The notes under the pieces are model-generated. The model did no database searches and had not been told where the DNA came from. It saw nothing but the letters and a program-made list of their open reading frames with translations. Shown piece by piece: positions 45,444 through 54,363 of a stretch of DNA of 64,000 nucleotides. Numbering within the stretch: the first letter of the stretch is position 1; the number at the start of each line of letters is the position of its first letter. Where the stretch lies: assembly GCA_963764165.1 (NCBI GenBank), contig CAVXRD010000002.1, forward strand, positions 608,001 to 672,000. The letters are read 5' to 3'. The stretch comes from an uncultured Verrucomicrobiae bacterium (GTDB taxonomy: Bacteria; Verrucomicrobiota; Verrucomicrobiia; Limisphaerales; Palsa-1400). The translations under genes and the position numbers were made by a program.

Positions 45444-46220
45444 TTAGGTTTTTCTTTCTATTTCAAGAGCGCGGCTCAGCGCCACAACTTCGTCGTAACG
45501 AACCAATGACCCGCCGAAAATATCCAGCGCTGAGCCAATTGTCAGGTGAATTCTGCCATTCCCCGCCTCATCGACATCGCGCAAATCCTGCAGCGAATTC
45601 GCTCCGCCCGCGTAAGTTGCCGGGACGGGCGACCATTGGCCGAGCTGGCGCACCAATTCCAAATCAATGCCGCGGCACAAGCCTTCCACGTCGGCGGCAT
45701 GCACCAAAAATTCGTTGCACCATTCACTCAGGCGCGCCAGAACTTCTGGCGAAATTTTCATCTCGGTAAATTTCTGCCAGCGATCCGTCACGACGAAATA
45801 TTCGCCGTCCCTTTTGCGGCAGCTCAAATCAAGCACCAGGCGATTTCGCCCGACGATCCCGGCCAATTCTTTGAGCCGGTCCCAATCCAATTGTCCGTCC
45901 CGAAAAATCCAAGAGGTCACAATGAGATGGGACGCGCCGGCTTCGAGCCAGCTCGCGGCGTTGCTGGAATTCACGCCGCCGCCGACATGCATCCCGCCGG
46001 GAAAAGCCGCCAGCGTTTCGCGCGCGGCCGCATCATTGCCCGGCCCGAGCATGATGATGTGGCCGCCGAAAAGTTTGTCGCGCTTGTAAAGTTCGGCGAA
46101 CCAGCTGCCGGGGCGCTCGGAAACGAAGTTGGTGCGCAGGTCGGCCCGCTGGCCCGTGAGCGTGCCGCCCACAATTTGTTTGACCTTGCCCTCGTGGAGG
46201 TCGATGCAGGGGCGGAACAT
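45444..46220 (-). CDS. hisA: ProFAR isomerase HisA, His6/eukaryote-like type
   Basis: FRPCIDLHEGKVKQIVGGTL, GGHIIMLG, LVLDLSCR, EFLVHAADVEG and TIGSALDIFGG. Confidence 0.9.
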   Translation of the reverse strand: MFRPCIDLHEGKVKQIVGGTLTGQRADLRTNFVSERPGSWFAELYKRDKLFGGHIIMLGPGNDAAARETLAAFPGGMHVGGGVNSSNAASWLEAGASHLIVTSWIFRDGQLDWDRLKELAGIVGRNRLVLDLSCRKRDGEYFVVTDRWQKFTEMKISPEVLARLSEWCNEFLVHAADVEGLCRGIDLELVRQLGQWSPVPATYAGGANSLQDLRDVDEAGNGRIHLTIGSALDIFGGSLVRYDEVVALSRALEIERKT

Positions 46221-46222
46221 GA

Positions 46223-47038
46223 TTACCCTTGCCCCAGTTTGCGGGATTTTTCCGAAGCCGCGCGCACGGCGCTGATCAAGGTGCCGCGCAATTTGCCTTT
46301 TTCGATTTCGTGCAAACCTTCGATCGTAGTGCCGCCCGGACTGGTGACCATGTCTTTGAGCGCGCCGGGATGCATGCCCGTTTCCATGACCATCTTGGCG
46401 CCGCCCAGCAGCGTTTGCGCGGCCAGTTTGGTGGCCACGTCGCGCGGCAAACCCGCCGCCACCCCCCCGTCGCTCAGAGCCTCAATCATAACGTAAACAT
46501 AAGCCGGCCCGCTGCCGCTCAATCCGGTAACAGCGTCAAGCATAGATTCCTTCAACTCGAACGCGACGCCGACCGCCGAAAACAATTCCTGCGCCAGCGC
46601 CGCATCGGCGGAAGTGGCCGACCTGCCCAGCGCATAAGCCGTGGCGGATGCGCCAACGAGCGCCGGTGTGTTGGGCATGACGCGAATGATCCGCGCCCCC
46701 TCCCCGATTCCCGTTTCCAATTTGGAAATCGGCACGCCCGCCGCAATGGAAATGAGAAGATGGCGCGGCGTCATAGCCGGCCGAATTTCCTCCAGCAACG
46801 GCGCCACATTGCCCGGCTTCACGGCGAGGACGAGAACGTCGGCAAACTGGACGACTTCGATATTGGATGCGGTCGACTTCGCCCCCGTTTGTTCCGCAAA
46901 GGCTGCGCGAGCCGGCGCGATGGGATCGCTGGCGAGGATATTGGCCACTTTGGCCAAGCCGGCAGAAACGAAGCCCCTGGCCAGAGCGGCCGCCATTTTG
47001 CCGCCGCCGAGAAATCCCAGTTTCAACTTTTGCGCCAT
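46223..47038 (-). CDS. proC: Pyrroline-5-carboxylate reductase
   Basis: GFLGGGKMA, LAVKP, SIAAGV, RVMPNTP, SGSGPAYV and VTSPGGTTI. Confidence 0.96.
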   Translation of the reverse strand: MAQKLKLGFLGGGKMAAALARGFVSAGLAKVANILASDPIAPARAAFAEQTGAKSTASNIEVVQFADVLVLAVKPGNVAPLLEEIRPAMTPRHLLISIAAGVPISKLETGIGEGARIIRVMPNTPALVGASATAYALGRSATSADAALAQELFSAVGVAFELKESMLDAVTGLSGSGPAYVYVMIEALSDGGVAAGLPRDVATKLAAQTLLGGAKMVMETGMHPGALKDMVTSPGGTTIEGLHEIEKGKLRGTLISAVRAASEKSRKLGQG

Positions 47039-47165
47039 GCCGCTATGTAGCGTTTTCCTCCCCAAATAGCCAACATTAATTGGCTGACGTCCGGCTGTGG
47101 GCCTCCCAGGTCACAGGAGTTGCTCAGCTTGCATAACCAGCGTGGTTCCGTTATGGTTGCGGCTT

Positions 47166-47420
47166 ATGGCGAGCATTACGTTGAAAGACATCCCGATGGA
47201 ACTGCACGCGCAGTTGAAAAGCGAAGCGGCCGCGAATTTCCGCAGCCTCACCCAGGAGGCCATGTGCCGCCTGGAGCGAACCTTCCAGATCGACGCCGCT
47301 CTGACCACCAAGCGCGATCAACACTGGATTGATGAGGCCGTCGCCAGCGGTCCGTCCACGCCCTTGACCAGAAAGGAAATGGAGGCGATCCGAGATCGGG
47401 TGTTAAATGGCAAGAAGTGA
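47166..47420 (+). CDS. Ribbon-helix-helix antitoxin
   Basis: MASITLKDIPMELHAQLKSEAAANFRSL is RHH-like; C-terminal IDEAVASGPSTP is ParD-like; GTGA overlap with the toxin; palindrome AACCA-N3-TGGTT upstream. Confidence 0.75.
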   Translation: MASITLKDIPMELHAQLKSEAAANFRSLTQEAMCRLERTFQIDAALTTKRDQHWIDEAVASGPSTPLTRKEMEAIRDRVLNGKK

Positions 47421-47728
47421 GCGCCCGCAAGCGCCCGCGCTTCCTCGCAGACTCGGCCGAGGAGCTAATCTTGCTCAACGAGAAAGCGGCCGAGGAGGTT
47501 GCAGAGCGGTGGTATGAGGCCCTTCTCGCTACGATTGAGTTCATTGAGGAGAATCCATATATTGGACGGGAGCGAAAGGATCTGTCCCCGGCTGGCATTC
47601 GTTCCTGGCGGGTGGATGGCTTTTCGCGCTGGCTGGTTTTTTATGCCGTCACGCCGGGCAAGGATGTTGTTTTTTATCGGATTCGTTCCGGCACGCTGAA
47701 TCTGGTCGTGATGAAAATGGAATCCTGA
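47417..47728 (+). CDS. ParE/RelE family toxin
   Basis: 103 aa; AERWYEAL…IEENPYIGRERKDL…GIRSWRVDGF…WLVFY…VVFYRI. Confidence 0.8.
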   Translation: MSARKRPRFLADSAEELILLNEKAAEEVAERWYEALLATIEFIEENPYIGRERKDLSPAGIRSWRVDGFSRWLVFYAVTPGKDVVFYRIRSGTLNLVVMKMES

Positions 47729-47913
47729 CCGATGGCACGTCAAGGCGGATATTTGCCTACTCAAAGGCGCAGCGCGGCGGGGCAACAACCAAAATTGAGT
47801 CTTAGCAGGATGAAAGGGTCTCACTTTCGACGTTGTTATTGACAATTCTTAGCGGCAGATTCTTAATCCCCCTGCTTTTGAACACTCAGCGCCTTGATGG
47901 CAGAAACGATCGT

Positions 47914-49695
47914 ATGAAGCTTTCGATTTTCAGCTTATGCTGGCTTGTCTTGGGCATCGAATTGGCACCAATGGCGAGCCGGAATGCAGAGGGAGCGGTT
48001 GCTTTCACCGTTGTGCCCGCTACGGTCGGCAACACCTACGCTGGCACGGTGACACTACAAGTGACCGGCCTCACCGCAGGCGCAAGCGTCCTAATCCAAA
48101 AATACTTCGATGCAAATGGCGACGGGGCGATCGATATCGGTGATCCGCTGGTTCAGCAGTTCAACTTAACCGACGGGCAAGCCACCGTGATCGGAGGCGT
48201 AACGAACATCCACGTTCCAAGCGATATGGACTCAGACGCAGGGCAAATCACCACAGCGCTAATTTTCGACAATGGCGATCTCTCGCAAAATATTATAGGA
48301 AGCTATGCGTATGTGCTTTCCAGTCCCGGCGGCGCATTTGCGGCGATCACAAATTTTTTATCTGTAACCAACTCGGACTATGGGCAAACGCTGCGCGGGA
48401 GCGTGGTTAGCAATGGCACCAATGTGCCTAATGCCGTGGTGACGGCTTATTTTGCGGAAACGGCAGGCGTCAGCACTTTGGCCGACAGTTCAGGCCACTA
48501 CACCATCGCGGTGGCCCCAGGCAGTTATGTTTTGATCGCGTCGAAGAGCAATTATGTCTCAGACGTCTCCACGGAGGCGCCAATCAGCGTGGGTGCCGGC
48601 GCGATGATCACCACCAATGTGGGACTCATCCCTGGCAGCGAGTCCATTGCGGGAAGAATCACTGATGCGGCCAACACGAATGCCGGGCTGCCCGGACTGC
48701 TTCTGTTCTTGGAATCCAGCAGCGGCCAATCAACCATCGCTCGCACCGATGCCAGCGGCAACTTTAGCGCCCAGGTCATTCCCGATTCTTGGACTATCAT
48801 CTTAAATACTCCGGAGCTTAATTTTTCCGGTTATCTTGGATTGCAACGGAACCCGCAAATTGATGCGTCCGCCGGCAGCGTGACCGGCGCATCCATCGCT
48901 CTCCCTAGAGCCACAGCCCTCTTCTATGGCACGGTCGAGGACGCAAACAACGATCCCCTGCCGGGCGTCGAATTGTACGGCTACAACGGCGACGGCCCTT
49001 ACCAGGGAGAAGGCACCACCGACCAGAACGGATATTACGTCGTCGCTGTCAATCAAGGAGTCTGGCACGCGCATGTCGACTTTGTCAGTCCCGGTTATGA
49101 AGATTATATCTTTTCGGCTGGACTGGCTGACACAAACGTCGTCGATGGCGAGGCAATCAGCCAGAATCTTTTGGGTTTGCTAGCTACGAATCAAATCACC
49201 GGATACATCTTGGATGGCAACAGCGTAGCCGTTGGGGGAGTCGGCGTCGCCGGCTCCGCGGAGATTGATGGCTATGGCTTTGCGGCGCCCAGTGTTCTTA
49301 CCGACGCTGACGGATATTACTCCCTCATGGTTGCAAATGGAAGCTGGGATGTCTCTGTTGACTGTTCCATAGGCGCTGGCAGCTTGAATGCATTAGGTTA
49401 TGCCTGCGTTGACGACGATTACGTGGATATTGGGAGCGACAATGGCGTGGCGGATTTTGCGCCCATCCCCTTCCCGAGCCTGACTGCTTTATCCTGGAGT
49501 TTGGGCCGCTTTCAGTTGCGTCTGGCCAATGCCGTTGCCGGGCAAGACTACACCATACAGATGTCAACCAATTTGAACTCAGGCGACTGGATTTCGTTGT
49601 TCACCACAAACAATCTGACAACCAACTCATACACCATTGTTGACTCGTCAGCGACCAATCTTCAACGCTTTTACCGTGCCCTGATCCTTCGATGA
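47914..49695 (+). CDS. Secreted protein with tandem carboxypeptidase-regulatory-like (prealbumin-fold) domains and a C-terminal 'STNL…W…RFYR' domain
   Basis: Signal peptide and four repeats of (I/L/F)xGx(V/I)…(V/L)PG…TD-x-x-G-x-(Y/F); ATG 47914 is likely. Confidence 0.82.
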   Translation: MKLSIFSLCWLVLGIELAPMASRNAEGAVAFTVVPATVGNTYAGTVTLQVTGLTAGASVLIQKYFDANGDGAIDIGDPLVQQFNLTDGQATVIGGVTNIHVPSDMDSDAGQITTALIFDNGDLSQNIIGSYAYVLSSPGGAFAAITNFLSVTNSDYGQTLRGSVVSNGTNVPNAVVTAYFAETAGVSTLADSSGHYTIAVAPGSYVLIASKSNYVSDVSTEAPISVGAGAMITTNVGLIPGSESIAGRITDAANTNAGLPGLLLFLESSSGQSTIARTDASGNFSAQVIPDSWTIILNTPELNFSGYLGLQRNPQIDASAGSVTGASIALPRATALFYGTVEDANNDPLPGVELYGYNGDGPYQGEGTTDQNGYYVVAVNQGVWHAHVDFVSPGYEDYIFSAGLADTNVVDGEAISQNLLGLLATNQITGYILDGNSVAVGGVGVAGSAEIDGYGFAAPSVLTDADGYYSLMVANGSWDVSVDCSIGAGSLNALGYACVDDDYVDIGSDNGVADFAPIPFPSLTALSWSLGRFQLRLANAVAGQDYTIQMSTNLNSGDWISLFTTNNLTTNSYTIVDSSATNLQRFYRALILR

Positions 49696-49814
49696 AATCA
49701 TAGCAGGAGCCATGCGCAAAATCCGGTCAAGGGATCACGGCTTTTCTGTCCCTGAACGGCCCCTTCCCTTGAGGACGTAAAACCGATTACAAACACCACT
49801 CATGTTTTATAATC

Positions 49815-49844
49815 TGAAATCAGTATGATATCACATAAATATCA
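49815..49844. promoter_or_regulatory. Putative RHH operator: three phased boxes
   Basis: TGAAATCA (49815), TGATATCA (49826) and AAATATCA (49837) at an exact 11-bp period, just before the RBS (GAAAGG) of the SPFH gene. Confidence 0.55.
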
Positions 49845-49862
49845 AACAATAGAAAGGTATTT

Positions 49863-50768
49863 ATGAACACGACAAAGTCTGTTTCAACGCCCGAAAGGGC
49901 CATGGGCCTTCCCAGCGGTTGGCTGGTGCTGCCGGTGCATTTGGTGTATCTCGGCGCGGTGCTCTGGTTTTCCATCCATTATATTATTCAGCACGGCGGG
50001 CATCCGTGGTGGGTGGCTCTGGCCGGATATGGATTGGCGTATGCGGCGGGTTTAGCGGCGCTGGGAGGATATTTCACCCTGCAACCGAATGAAGCGCGCG
50101 TCCTGTTGCTGTTCGGAAAGTACAAGGGCACCGCGCGCGAAAGCGGTTTCCATTGGGCCAATCCGTTCTACACCAAGGCGAAGAAAATGTCCTTGCGCGC
50201 CCGCACCTTGAACGTCGACAAGCTCAAGGTCAACGACAAGAAAGGCAATCCGATCGAGATCGCCGCCGTCGTCGTGTGGCGCGTGGCGGACACAGCCGAG
50301 GCGACATTCGATGTGGATCATTATGAGCAATACGTCCACACACAGAGCGAAACCTCCTTGCGGCATCTGGCCAGCGCTTACAACTACGACAATGGCGAGG
50401 AGAATGAACCGACTTTGCGCAGCAACGTGGATGACGTATCCAAATCGTTGCGCGAAGAATTGGGCCAGCGCCTGGCCAAGGCCGGCGTGACGGTGGACGA
50501 AGCGCGCCTGACCAATCTCTCCTACGCGCCGGAAATCGCGCAGGCCATGCTGCGCCGGCAGCAGGCCGAGGCGGTTATCGCGGCCCGGCAAAAGATTGTG
50601 CAAGGCGCGGTTTCCATGGTGGACATGGCGCTGAAGAGCCTCGCCGAAAAGCAAGTTGTCGAGCTGGACGACGAGCGCAAAGCGGCGATGGTCAGCAACC
50701 TGATGGTGGTGTTATGCGGCGAATCGGAAGCGCACCCGGTCATCAACACGGGAACTCTTTATCATTGA
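49863..50768 (+). CDS. SPFH/Band-7 domain membrane protein
   Basis: Two N-terminal TMs; QPNEARVLLLFGKYKGT, KVNDKKGNPIEIAAVVVW and YAPEIAQAMLRRQQA. Confidence 0.92.
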   Translation: MNTTKSVSTPERAMGLPSGWLVLPVHLVYLGAVLWFSIHYIIQHGGHPWWVALAGYGLAYAAGLAALGGYFTLQPNEARVLLLFGKYKGTARESGFHWANPFYTKAKKMSLRARTLNVDKLKVNDKKGNPIEIAAVVVWRVADTAEATFDVDHYEQYVHTQSETSLRHLASAYNYDNGEENEPTLRSNVDDVSKSLREELGQRLAKAGVTVDEARLTNLSYAPEIAQAMLRRQQAEAVIAARQKIVQGAVSMVDMALKSLAEKQVVELDDERKAAMVSNLMVVLCGESEAHPVINTGTLYH

Positions 50769-50780
50769 CGCATAGACGTT

Positions 50781-50972
50781 ATGGCGGAACGGAAACCGTT
50801 CTTATTGCGAATCGATCCTGCGCTCTGGATTGAATTGGAATCCTGGGCGCAGGACGAACTCCGCAGCGTCAACGGGCAGATAGAGTATTTGCTGCGGCAG
50901 GCCGTGCTCAAACGAAAGAGCACGGCCGCCAAACGACCCGAATCTCCGCAGCCGGAAAACCCGGATTCATAA
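50781..50972 (+). CDS. Small Arc/RHH-family DNA-binding protein
   Basis: [13 protein letters not shown]…[20 protein letters not shown], directly after the SPFH gene. Confidence 0.85.
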   Translation: MAERKPFLLRIDPALWIELESWAQDELRSVNGQIEYLLRQAVLKRKSTAAKRPESPQPENPDS

Positions 50973-51096
50973 GCTGATTCAGCCACTGGGCAATCTCGGC
51001 ATGGGAAGACGTGGCTCATATCTGGTGAGGCCCGCAAGGCCGCAGCAGGGTTTCACCCGATATAACGCAGGCGGTCTATACATCAAAATGATGGCA

Positions 51097-51555
51097 ATGA
51101 AAACCAAAAGCGAGACGGACAAAGCGGGATCTCTGGAAATCGAAGCGGGTTTATGGGTTGACCATCGAGGGGCTTTTGTCGCCGTTCTCTCGGGAACGGG
51201 AGAGGAAACAAAACGCATCCCATCCAACGCCGAAAAACAGCTTCGTCGCACAGGCGATCCCTCTGCTGGCCGGTTTGAATACCAGGAAGTTCCCGCCGAG
51301 GATTCGCGCGAGAGAGCTTACACCGGGTATCTCGCGCGTTACTACGACGAGATTATCGCTTATCTCCGCAACTCGAGATCCATCCTGATCTTTGGTCCCG
51401 GCGAGGCCAAGAGCGAACTGAAGAAGCGATTCGAGAAAGAATGCCCCGGCGCTCACATCATAACATTGGAGACGAGTGACAAAATGACTGAGCCGCAAAT
51501 TGTGGCGCATGTCCGCCGCCACTTTGACCTAAGCGCGGCAAGGCAGGGAATTTGA
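51097..51555 (+). CDS. Hypothetical protein, release-factor (eRF1 domain 2)/host-attachment-like
   Basis: GLWVDHR…YYDEII…ILIFGPGEAKSEL…ETSDKMTEPQIVA pattern; family assignment from memory, start uncertain. Confidence 0.55.
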   Translation: MKTKSETDKAGSLEIEAGLWVDHRGAFVAVLSGTGEETKRIPSNAEKQLRRTGDPSAGRFEYQEVPAEDSRERAYTGYLARYYDEIIAYLRNSRSILIFGPGEAKSELKKRFEKECPGAHIITLETSDKMTEPQIVAHVRRHFDLSAARQGI

Positions 51556-51571
51556 TTCCCGTGATTTTCGC

Positions 51572-51693
51572 AGGGGGCGCGGCTGTGTTCGGAGGAGCGA
51601 AGCGGCGAAGAATCAGCCGGGGCGCGCGGCGATCCATCGGCGCGCCTTTCGGCTCCACCTGCTGCGACTGGTCTTCGACACAGTCGCGCTCCG
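51572..51693. repeat. REP-like palindrome, family CTGGTCTTCGACACAGTCGCGCTCCG, copy 2
   Basis: Left arm GGGGCGCGGCTGTGTTCGGAG, right arm CTTCGACACAGTCGCGCTCC; matches 15160-15185. Confidence 0.75.
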
Positions 51694-51794
51694 GCTAAAG
51701 GCCTGCGTCCACTTCTTACTTTAACAGTGTCCAGCCACACGACGCTTTGACAAAGCGGCTTGCAAAAGCGCCGATTTCTCCCGATGTTATGCCT

Positions 51795-52595
51795 ATGAAA
51801 AACAAAGTGCCCTTTTTCGTTCTGCTGGCGGTGGCGATTGGGCTGGGCGCTGCCCTTGTGATTGTTGACAAACATGCGGTGGAGGTCCAGCATGAGGCCG
51901 CCCACAGCGTTGCCGCCGCCTCCAACACGCTCATCACAGTCAAGAAACAGAAGGACGAACTGGCCCTTGTCAACCAAACGCTCGAAACAAACCTCGCCGC
52001 CGAGCGCCTGACTTTCTCCAATAAGCTTACCGAGGCCGAAACCAATCTGCGCCTTGCGGAATCAAATTTGGAAAAGATCACCCTGGCCTCCAGCGCTGAG
52101 CTGAAGACGATCACCGAGTCCAATGCCGCCGTCATCGCCCAGCGGGATCAAAAGATTTCAGAGTTGGAAAACCAGAATGCGGCGCTTGATCGCGAAGCCG
52201 CGTCGCTGCACCTCTCCATCACCAACCTTGACCGTCGCATCGCCGATACCGAGGGGAAACTCGCACGCTCGGAAGGCGACCGCGTGTTCCTGACGAAGGA
52301 ATTGAAAACATTGAAGGCGGAGAAGGAGGAATTGCTTCACCGCTTCAACGACATCGCCGCGGTTCGCGAGCAATTGCACAAATTGAAAATCGAAGCCTCG
52401 CTGGCCAGGAAATTGGATCACGAACGCCGCGCCATCGAAGAAAGCTTCAAGAGCGGCAAGGATAATCTGGCGGCGCTCCCCGCCCAGCCCGCCCCTCCTC
52501 CTGCGTCCGGCGGCACTGTGGAATTGCGGCGCGGCGGCGGCGTCAGCATCGAAGCTCCGGCTCCGGCTCCCGCCACCAACGCGCCGCCGCGATGA
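51795..52595 (+). CDS. Membrane-anchored coiled-coil protein
   Basis: N-terminal TM, long heptad-rich helix and Pro-rich tail. Confidence 0.78.
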   Translation: MKNKVPFFVLLAVAIGLGAALVIVDKHAVEVQHEAAHSVAAASNTLITVKKQKDELALVNQTLETNLAAERLTFSNKLTEAETNLRLAESNLEKITLASSAELKTITESNAAVIAQRDQKISELENQNAALDREAASLHLSITNLDRRIADTEGKLARSEGDRVFLTKELKTLKAEKEELLHRFNDIAAVREQLHKLKIEASLARKLDHERRAIEESFKSGKDNLAALPAQPAPPPASGGTVELRRGGGVSIEAPAPAPATNAPPR

Positions 52596-52676
52596 CACTT
52601 ATGCAGCGCGGCGTGAGACAAAACTCCTGTTCCATTTCCGAATAACGACTTTCGCCCAGCGTCGTGTTGCCGTATC

Positions 52677-53744
52677 TTGCGGGAGTTGAGTTCCAAGTCA
52701 TTAATAGATTCCCATGGCCGGGTGCTGCGCGATTTTCGCATCAGCGTGACGGACCGCTGCAATTTTCGCTGCCTTTATTGCCTTCCAGAAACTGAAGAAG
52801 CGGCGAACTTTTACCGGACTCGGTTCGGGCAGAATCCCGCCTCTTCAAAACGGATCGCCCGCGAATGGCAGCATCAAAACGAAATGCTGACGTTCGAGGA
52901 AATCGAGCGCGTCGTTTTGATTGCGGCCAGCTTGGGAATCGAGAAGATCCGGCTGACGGGCGGCGAGCCGTTGCTGCGCCAGCAAATCGAGATTTTGATC
53001 GAGAAAATTTCCCGCATTCCCGGAATTCTCGATCTCGCCCTGACCACCAACGGCTTTCATTTTCCGCAAAAGGCGGCGGCATTGCGCAAGGGGGGGTTGC
53101 GGCGCATCAGTTTCAGCATGGATTCGCTCGACCGGGAGAACTTCAAGAAAATCACCGGACGCGATGGCTTGGACGCTGTTTTGAAGAGCATCGATCTGGC
53201 GCAGGGGCTCGGTCTAAATCCTGTCAAGGTGAACGCGGTGATGATTCGCGGCATCAACGATCACGAGATAGAAAATCTCGCCGAATTCGCGCTGAACAAG
53301 AATCTCTCGTTTCGCTTTATCGAATTCATGCCACTGGATTCAGGGCGGTCCTGGCATCGCGAATTGGTTGTTCCGGGGCGGGAAATCCTGCGGCGATTGC
53401 AGGCTCGATTTCCTCTCGAACGCGTCCCTTCCAAAAACGCGTCCGAGACCGCCCAGAGGTGGGCGCTGCCCGGAGGCAAAGCGGAAATCGGCATTATCGC
53501 GCCGGTGAGCGAGCCGTTTTGCGGGCATTGCAATCGCATTCGTTTGACGGCGGATGGAAAGATTCGCACCTGCCTCTTTAGCGTTGTCGAGCATGACTTG
53601 CGCGCACTGCTGAGGGCCGATGCGGAGGACGAGGCGATTCGGGATTTTATCCGCGCGGTGGCGCTGCAAAAAGAGGCGCGCCATCACATCGGGGAGACGG
53701 GATTTGTCCAACCGGCCCGGACGATGAGTTGCATTGGTGGTTGA
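52677..53744 (+). CDS. moaA: GTP 3',8-cyclase MoaA
   Basis: RISVTDRCNFRCLYC, RLTGGEPLLR, RFIEFMP, FCGHCNRIRLTADGKIRTCLF and C-terminal IGG. Confidence 0.96.
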   Translation: MRELSSKSLIDSHGRVLRDFRISVTDRCNFRCLYCLPETEEAANFYRTRFGQNPASSKRIAREWQHQNEMLTFEEIERVVLIAASLGIEKIRLTGGEPLLRQQIEILIEKISRIPGILDLALTTNGFHFPQKAAALRKGGLRRISFSMDSLDRENFKKITGRDGLDAVLKSIDLAQGLGLNPVKVNAVMIRGINDHEIENLAEFALNKNLSFRFIEFMPLDSGRSWHRELVVPGREILRRLQARFPLERVPSKNASETAQRWALPGGKAEIGIIAPVSEPFCGHCNRIRLTADGKIRTCLFSVVEHDLRALLRADAEDEAIRDFIRAVALQKEARHHIGETGFVQPARTMSCIGG

Positions 53745-53774
53745 ATGCCGTTATTTATTGGTTTTTGAGTTCTT

Positions 53775-54113
53775 ATGCCCACTTACGAATACGTCTGCGC
53801 CAAATGCGATCAGCATTTTGAAGTGCATCAATCGATCAAAGACAATGCTTTGACGACATGCCCGAAGGATCAATGCCCGCGGAAGCCGTGGGCCAAGGGC
53901 AAGGTCAAACGCGCCGTCAGCGCGGGAGCGGGCCTGATTTTCAAGGGCAGCGGGTTTTACCTGACGGATTACCGGAGCGAAGGTTACAAAGCCGCCGCCA
54001 AAAATGACGCCAACGCGAGCGCCAGCAACTCCGCAAAATCCGCCGACAGCGGCAAGAAAGAAAGCAAACCCGCGGAATCCAAGCCCACTCCGAAGCCGAC
54101 CGAAACCAAATAA
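53775..54113 (+). CDS. FmdB-family zinc-ribbon protein
   Basis: MPTYEYVCAKC…CPKDQC…IFKGSGFYLTDY, then a low-complexity tail. Confidence 0.9.
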   Translation: MPTYEYVCAKCDQHFEVHQSIKDNALTTCPKDQCPRKPWAKGKVKRAVSAGAGLIFKGSGFYLTDYRSEGYKAAAKNDANASASNSAKSADSGKKESKPAESKPTPKPTETK

Positions 54114-54132
54114 AGGGGAAGCGGGGACGGTT

Positions 54133-54273
54133 AGCCACAGATCAACACGGATAAAAACCTCAGGCAGCGGTGATAGAAGATGCGATCTGATCCGGCGCTG
54201 CTAATCCGGGCGGCGCTGCTCATGTCGGAATTGCTTTTCAGAAAATCTGTGTTGATCTGCGTCCGTCTATGGC
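54133..54273. repeat. REP-like palindrome
   Basis: AGCCACAGATCAACACGGAT pairs with ATCTGTGTTGATCTGCG…ATGGCT. Confidence 0.6.
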
Positions 54274-54363
54274 TTTCCGGTCGTGTTCATAAAACTGCGA
54301 GGAATTCGGTTGCCACCCGAACCGAATTGTGGGAGAATGCGGCACGTCTTTCTAAAGGATTTC

